Positions 57,995-64,000 of a DNA stretch of 64,000 nucleotides are shown here, piece after piece; the first letter of the stretch is position 1; each line of letters begins with the position of its first letter. The notes beneath the pieces are model-generated. The model was not told where the DNA came from, did not search any database, and saw only the letters and a program-made list of their open reading frames with translations. A program made the position numbers and the translations under genes. The stretch lies in the NCBI GenBank assembly GCA_965140415.1, contig OZ223209.1, positions 1,248,001 to 1,312,000 on the forward strand. Direction: 5' to 3'. This DNA comes from Myxococcota bacterium. Lineage in GTDB: Bacteria; Myxococcota_A; SURF-8.

Positions 57995-60900
57995 TTACTC
58001 TTCTGGGTCTTCATCGATGTCTTCATCGGGAATAGAAATCGAAAAGCAGATCGCTGCGTTAGGATCAGTGATTTCGAATTTGGATTTCTGATACACTTCG
58101 ATCACAACTTTTTGACGCAGGTAGCCTTCTTTGTCTTTATACTCGTTAAGCCAGTCTGGCTGTTTATTCAGTATCTTTTTTCTTCGTTCATCGTCTGCAT
58201 TCAGATCCGTAACTCGGATAAACAAAGGTCCATGCTTGTGTTCCTGATCTTTGGAGTCTTCAACTGGGGAGTATTGCTTCAATATGCCATATCGAGAAAG
58301 ATCTGCGAGGAGGAGTTTGTTATCCAATTCACTTTCTCCTACAAGCACGCGTATGGTAGGAATGCTTTTATTTCCTATTTTCAGAACACCTTCATAGGCT
58401 CCAATTCCATCAAACTTTGTTTTTGGGCAGTCTTCATTGTTTTTGCCAAAGAATGAATCTGCATCAAGTAAATACCTATAATAAACGGAAAAGTCCAAAG
58501 AATGTATAATAACAGGAGTTTTTGGTACAATTTCATTAAGAGATTCCGAGATTTCGTTAAGTAGTTCTTTCGGTAAAATCGCCTTCCTATTTTCGGAAAC
58601 AGTTCCATCTATCATGGATTCAAAGATCTGGTAATCCATAGTTCTGGCCAATCCTGGACCGTATTGTCCTCCCCAAAGAGAATGATCGATATACCAATCA
58701 GGGATAAAGGCTTCTTTTGGACCCATATCGTTATAGCCGTAAGAATAAATATCCGATGGTGGAGGTTCATTGGTGAGATCTTGCTGTTTGCCAACGAGTT
58801 TAAAAACTTTAAGCAGATCACCGGATTCGTTGAATGTTCGCTGAACATCGTCAATGAATGATTTGAGCTTTTTGGGATCGATTGCATAAGATGTCAATTT
58901 CTCTTCATCAGATCTTTTTTGTTCTAATCCCAATAATTCCAAACGTTTTATCAAGGCAGTGCTTTTTTTACACTGTTCTTCTGTTAGGACAAAGGCCCAC
59001 TGCTCTGGGTGAGTACCCATTTCCACCAGTTTTTTGTAAAGACTGTGTTGCTGTGGATCTTGATCCGGCATGATGGCAAGTTGCCTATTTAATGGGAGTG
59101 ACGTATTCAAAATTCGATCATCGGTCAAATTGTCAAGAATTCGTAGGGCTAATATGCAGTAAAGATAGTGGAAATTATTTTCAAAGGTCAATATGCGGGC
59201 ACCTCGTTTCCCTTCCATTTCCCAGAACATCCAGCCCCAACGCGAAGAAGCGCCTTCGCTTCGTACGGAAATATATACTTCTGTTAGAGTCTTGATGTCT
59301 ATAGCAAAGGGGACACGAGAGATTATATATTCGAAGAATGGTTTGATTTCCTCATTATCGGGATGCTTATGGAAGCGACTGAATATCCAAGACGACAGTC
59401 CGAACAAGATTTGATTTCTTGCCGTAAAGATATGGTGCTGAATCTGACTGCCGTATTTGCCCTTTGGGTAAAAATATTTAAACAAACCATTAAACTCATC
59501 AAGAATGATTTTAAAGGAATCAAAATCTTTATCATCTATACAGCTTTTCAGGATCTTCTGAAAAGTATTGAAGATTGGCCAGATAAATTCTTCATTTTCC
59601 TTAATTTCTTCCTGGCTAGTGTTTTCCGAGTGGTCTTCAAGGATAGGTTGAATGTGTAATTCTAATAATTCGGAAAGATGCCGCCATGAACGATCTATCA
59701 TGAATGCTTTGGCTTCATTGTTGGATTTGTCTTTTGTCATATAGTAGAGGAAAGCTGGAAAAACAATAAATTGCTGAAATAGCAAATGATCTTTAGCCAA
59801 AATAGCTCGGGTGGCGATAGCGATAGGCAAGTACATCACGTCAGCTATTACATCTCGATTATCACTTTTAGCTGCAACTTCCATCAGCTCACGAATGTCT
59901 CTATCTAGCCAACTAACGATATCCCAGCCCTCGAAAAGATCGCCACGCTCTTTTTTCGCCTGCTCGGCCGTGTATCCACTCCCAAGTTGGTGGATTGTAT
60001 CAAGAAATATTTCTGCCAAACCAAGATAGGTGTTTTTAAATTCTTCAATTGAACCACTCATCTCAGAATGAATAGCTAGAACGAATTGATCTTTGATCAA
60101 TAAAAGTTCTCGACGAAATACGATTGAAGATCTTTCCGTCTTCTCAAATTTGAATATGAATGGAATGGAATTCTGAATTCTTGCAATTAGCTTTTTGTCA
60201 TTTGCAAGTTCATTAGGCAAGGCAAAAAGAGCATTTCGATTATTATTGAAACTAGATAGCGGATGGGTTTCTTCTTCGTATCGAATACAAAGGTAAATAT
60301 TCTTTTTATCAGGAGAAACGGTTGTTAAATCTTCTAAAGGATCTATATATTCCATATCACTCTTGGAAGTATCATCCAGTCCATGTGCTAGAAATGCTTC
60401 CTTGATATAGCGAATAACCTTATTCAGCCTACTGATATTGATATCTGTAAGACGCCCCGAGTCTTCATTTTCGATAAAGAAATACTTATCCGTATTTGAA
60501 TTATCCATCATTATGATGAACTTTGATTCTAGGTTAACTCCATGAAATTCAGACCATTCTTTACGAAGTATATAATTTCCCAAACGTTCACGGACGAAAT
60601 CAAGAACGATTGCGCGAGTCCTTTTTTTGAAAAACTTGGCTTTATAATAATTACGTTTTCTTGGGTCCATCAGTAGGTGGATAACCTGCCAAAATGAAAA
60701 AAGAACCAGTACACTAAGAAGTATTGGAAGTAGCAAACTGACTACTCTAACATCAAAGTATAAGAAGTTAATAAGCATCAATACTGTAATAATAATTAAA
60801 ACCCACAGATGGCTTTTTTTAAGGAACAGACGTTTTTCATCTTGATCCGCAGATTTACGAATGGATTCTGCTATAAAGAAAATAAGAGCAAATACAATCG

Positions 60901-61390
60901 TCACCAATCCACCAAGAACAAAATAAATACTAGACAATTTAGTATCGATTGAAACTTGTTTTGAAAGAAAATTGTACCAACCTAAGAGTGAAGTGAGCTG
61001 GTGGCAAGGAACATCGATATGAGAAATAATGAAGAATAATAGAAAGGCTAAAAATATTAAAATGGCCTCTTTTTTTGCTGGTAGATCTAATTGATAAATA
61101 TCTCTTGGCGCTTTTCTTCCAAAACTGCGTAGAGTGTTGAAATAGCATTTGAGTAACCATACTTTGGTTGAAAAATAATATCCTTTTGATTCGCTTTCAA
61201 GAAATAGTATTTTTACCTGCTTGTTTTTCCTGTTCTTTTCTAATTCTGCAAGCTTTGCTTCTATCTGATTGGACAGCCACCCTTCATTCCATTTCCTGTA
61301 TCTACGGTATAGAAGATATAGTATGCCGATTACAGCAAAGCCAATCAGCAAGTAAACCGGCCATGAGAAGAAAGACATCATAACCCTCAA
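57995..61390 (-). CDS. Large AT-rich hypothetical membrane protein (about 5 N-terminal TM helices + large soluble region)
   Basis: Uninterrupted 1131-codon ORF in AT-rich DNA; hydrophobic helices in the first ~240 aa; no motif recognised; start may be the ATG a few codons downstream. Confidence 0.8.
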   Translation of the reverse strand: MRVMMSFFSWPVYLLIGFAVIGILYLLYRRYRKWNEGWLSNQIEAKLAELEKNRKNKQVKILFLESESKGYYFSTKVWLLKCYFNTLRSFGRKAPRDIYQLDLPAKKEAILIFLAFLLFFIISHIDVPCHQLTSLLGWYNFLSKQVSIDTKLSSIYFVLGGLVTIVFALIFFIAESIRKSADQDEKRLFLKKSHLWVLIIITVLMLINFLYFDVRVVSLLLPILLSVLVLFSFWQVIHLLMDPRKRNYYKAKFFKKRTRAIVLDFVRERLGNYILRKEWSEFHGVNLESKFIIMMDNSNTDKYFFIENEDSGRLTDINISRLNKVIRYIKEAFLAHGLDDTSKSDMEYIDPLEDLTTVSPDKKNIYLCIRYEEETHPLSSFNNNRNALFALPNELANDKKLIARIQNSIPFIFKFEKTERSSIVFRRELLLIKDQFVLAIHSEMSGSIEEFKNTYLGLAEIFLDTIHQLGSGYTAEQAKKERGDLFEGWDIVSWLDRDIRELMEVAAKSDNRDVIADVMYLPIAIATRAILAKDHLLFQQFIVFPAFLYYMTKDKSNNEAKAFMIDRSWRHLSELLELHIQPILEDHSENTSQEEIKENEEFIWPIFNTFQKILKSCIDDKDFDSFKIILDEFNGLFKYFYPKGKYGSQIQHHIFTARNQILFGLSSWIFSRFHKHPDNEEIKPFFEYIISRVPFAIDIKTLTEVYISVRSEGASSRWGWMFWEMEGKRGARILTFENNFHYLYCILALRILDNLTDDRILNTSLPLNRQLAIMPDQDPQQHSLYKKLVEMGTHPEQWAFVLTEEQCKKSTALIKRLELLGLEQKRSDEEKLTSYAIDPKKLKSFIDDVQRTFNESGDLLKVFKLVGKQQDLTNEPPPSDIYSYGYNDMGPKEAFIPDWYIDHSLWGGQYGPGLARTMDYQIFESMIDGTVSENRKAILPKELLNEISESLNEIVPKTPVIIHSLDFSVYYRYLLDADSFFGKNNEDCPKTKFDGIGAYEGVLKIGNKSIPTIRVLVGESELDNKLLLADLSRYGILKQYSPVEDSKDQEHKHGPLFIRVTDLNADDERRKKILNKQPDWLNEYKDKEGYLRQKVVIEVYQKSKFEITDPNAAICFSISIPDEDIDEDPEE

Positions 61391-61687
61391 AATCTAAATA
61401 ATGGTTTATTGATAACAACGAATAATAGCCTACTTGTATCATGATGAGAACATGAGGTCAATTGGCAAATGCCCCCTGAAAATAGTGCTTCGATATGAAA
61501 CTCCTGAGAAAGTAAGTTACCCTCGACTTACCATCCAATCCTAAAACCAATCGCTTGACAACTACGCGCCACGGGGATTAATATACTGCCACAGTGGATT
61601 AAAACAAAACGGGTAAACGAATAAATTCTTTGGATCGATTCGTGTGGATAAAACGGAATCGTTACGAGAGAAAAAAGGGGATCGGAC

Positions 61688-64000
61688 ATGCTTAAGCTGA
61701 TTCGAGGGATGTCGGGGTTTGCTTTTCTGGCCATTTGTTTTCTAGCGCTTACAAGCGGCTGTGGTGGATCGGGCGGCGATGATATCGAAGTCGACGGCGA
61801 CTCCGATAGCATCGATGGCGATCTGACCGATTCCGATTTCGAAGGTGAGCAGGCCGAAGATTCCGAAGAGCCTGAAGGCAGCGGAGACGAGGCCACCTGC
61901 TGGACGCCTTGTCATACCGGGACGGTTATCGATGGAACCTACGTCGCCTGCTCGGAAGAAGGTCTGCTCCCCGGTTGCCTGGGAGGGACAGTCTGCGAAA
62001 ACGGCTGGTGTGTGGCCGCTGGTGCAGAAAAGAGGGCTCGCTTTAAAGATAATGAAGACGACAATAGCTGGGATCTGGGCGAATGTGAGAGCGATTGCGA
62101 TTGCGCGGAGCATGGCACTTGTGTCGATGGTTTCTGTAAAAGCATCTGCAACACCGATTCCCAGTGCAGTGAGGGCGAATCCTGCTACAAAAAGGTATGC
62201 CGACAGGTTTGTGGCGATTCGAGCTCGGACTGCGATGAGGGCAGCTACTGTCTTGCAGGCAAAGACGGCGTAAGCGGACACTGTATGCCGCTGTGCGAAA
62301 CGCAGGAGGATAACTCGGCCAGCAGGAATTGCTTGCTATCTGCAAACGACAACTCAAGCAGCCCATTTACGCTTTCGGGTGATGACCTTATAGAGAAAAT
62401 CCTGCTGTTTACCGTTGATCGCACCGACGCCCTGTTTACGATCACGAACAATACTCAGTGCGAATTGAGCTTTCAGATCACCAAAAAACAACACACCGTT
62501 TTCAGCGTCGATGGTTCCACCGTGGTCACGAACGATCCGATGAACTGGGTCTCTTTGCAGCCTGGCGAGCAGGACGCCGTGACCGACAATGAAATTACAG
62601 TGACACTGCAAGCGGGTGATGCAATCGACATCACCGTGGCGGATGTACATAACGACCAGATTCCGAACTGGCGCGGCATTTTGAATATCCTGAATACCAA
62701 CGGTCTCGGAAGTACGGAAATCAACCTCAGTTTCAGTAGCGGTGCAACGGGGCGCTGGAACGGTAAAATGTACTTTTTCGCCAACTTCGGCTCCGATAAT
62801 CTAGATGCCTGGATGGCCGACAAGGACAACGCCTCCAAGTTGAATTCCGTAAACAACGCATTCTTAAAACGCTGGGATGTGCTGCGGCGCGGCGAAATTT
62901 CCATGGATAACTTCATGGCGCTGGTGGCTTCGACGCTCAATGGTTCCTGGCAATGGCCCAGCATCGAAGAAGTCTGCCCGAAGCGCAAAGGCGCCTGTTA
63001 TCCCTTCGCCAATCCTGCGGAAGGAGCGTCCGACGACGGCATCGAGAATTACTCCGACGATCTGGACCGCGACCCGATTCCCACCGGACTGGTTGAGTTG
63101 CCCATCGCCATGAATCTTCAGAAAAACAGCGGAAGCGCAACCGATCTGGAGGGACGCATCATTTCAGGCGATACGCTGCATTATGCAGGGGAACCGAATG
63201 TCTCGCTTTCGATGCAAGATAACGCCGATACCTGCTCGGAAGTCGGCGAATTCAGGGTGTGCATCAATCGCATCGCGGACATGACGCTCGACGTCGTTGT
63301 GGGGGGGCGCTATTACTCGGAGCCTGGGCAGACGACCTGCGATCTTGCGACCGGTTACGAAGTGGTGCAAACACCGTGGTTACTGGCCGATTTCCAGGAT
63401 GGCACGGAACTGATAGACGGTTACCGTTATCGCCCGGAATGCCGCGACACCTATCGACCCTACACCGAGAAGCCGGAAGACTCCGGAGCGACGTCGCTTG
63501 AAGATCTCAACGCCACCCTGGCAAGTTCCAACCCGCTGCCAGACGGGCGCAGTCTGGAGCGTTCGCTGCAACTTGTGGATGGCGCCATCATCGACCGCGA
63601 TACGATGATCCTGATTTTCCGCGAAGAGTTCTTCGTCGATCTCGATACCTTACCCGATCCGGAAGATTTTTCAGCATACGGTTTCATGGTTCTGCGACGC
63701 ACTCCCGACCCGGTTGAAAGCGCCGAGTTCATCGGCTCCGATCAAGCCGAAGATCGCGCGATGCCGGAAGGGATACTTACGGTCGGATGCAGTGCGGATG
63801 TTTTGGAAGCGGCTGGATTTTCCGCAATGCCGACAGACACGGACGATTTGCGGACGCTGGCGAACATCATGATTGCGGGGTACGACATCAGCTCGCCGTT
63901 AACGGAACTTTCACGTCCGGTACATTACCTGTGTTGGGAAACGGGCGTCTTCGATGCCGGTTCGACCGGTTTCATTCCCTGTCCACTTGGTAGCCCCGTT
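61688..64000 (+). CDS. 3'-truncated large Cys-rich lipoprotein with DGD linker (absent from the ORF track because it runs off the window)
   Basis: ATG 61688 reads MLKLIRGMSGFAFLAICFLALTSGC-GGSGGDDIEVDGDSDSIDGD..., then CESDCDC/CNTDSQC modules. Host-like codon use continues to the edge; I did not check every codon. Confidence 0.8.
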   Translation, partial: MLKLIRGMSGFAFLAICFLALTSGCGGSGGDDIEVDGDSDSIDGDLTDSDFEGEQAEDSEEPEGSGDEATCWTPCHTGTVIDGTYVACSEEGLLPGCLGGTVCENGWCVAAGAEKRARFKDNEDDNSWDLGECESDCDCAEHGTCVDGFCKSICNTDSQCSEGESCYKKVCRQVCGDSSSDCDEGSYCLAGKDGVSGHCMPLCETQEDNSASRNCLLSANDNSSSPFTLSGDDLIEKILLFTVDRTDALFTITNNTQCELSFQITKKQHTVFSVDGSTVVTNDPMNWVSLQPGEQDAVTDNEITVTLQAGDAIDITVADVHNDQIPNWRGILNILNTNGLGSTEINLSFSSGATGRWNGKMYFFANFGSDNLDAWMADKDNASKLNSVNNAFLKRWDVLRRGEISMDNFMALVASTLNGSWQWPSIEEVCPKRKGACYPFANPAEGASDDGIENYSDDLDRDPIPTGLVELPIAMNLQKNSGSATDLEGRIISGDTLHYAGEPNVSLSMQDNADTCSEVGEFRVCINRIADMTLDVVVGGRYYSEPGQTTCDLATGYEVVQTPWLLADFQDGTELIDGYRYRPECRDTYRPYTEKPEDSGATSLEDLNATLASSNPLPDGRSLERSLQLVDGAIIDRDTMILIFREEFFVDLDTLPDPEDFSAYGFMVLRRTPDPVESAEFIGSDQAEDRAMPEGILTVGCSADVLEAAGFSAMPTDTDDLRTLANIMIAGYDISSPLTELSRPVHYLCWETGVFDAGSTGFIPCPLGSPV

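Overview
Mostly GC-rich bacterial chromosome, probably from an uncultured Myxococcota-like or deltaproteobacterial lineage. That placement is an inference from the Cys-rich DGD-repeat lipoproteins and a MYXO-CTERM-like sorting tail. The main feature is a ~15 kb dissimilatory sulfur-metabolism cluster: dsrT-dsrMKJOP, aprBA, two small conserved genes, qmoAB, and a soluble HdrD-like gene where membrane qmoC normally sits. The window also holds a selC-selA-selB-cutA operon and housekeeping genes (radA, dinG-like, def-fmt-rsmB, rpsU, tRNA-Pro). A panD + atypical KamA-family aminomutase unit lies behind a near-consensus sigma70 promoter and a ~200-nt structured leader. Several secreted or surface proteins share acidic DGD repeats (GH92, C1 protease, Cys-rich lipoproteins). 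Three AT-rich islets occur: a solo SIR2 gene beside selC, an LPP20/DUF4384 + secreted caspase-like pair, and a 1131-aa membrane orphan beside tRNA-Pro. A GTAG-type REP family is dispersed through intergenic DNA. No CRISPR array, integrase, transposase or rRNA was seen. All calls come from reading motifs by eye; no database searches were run.
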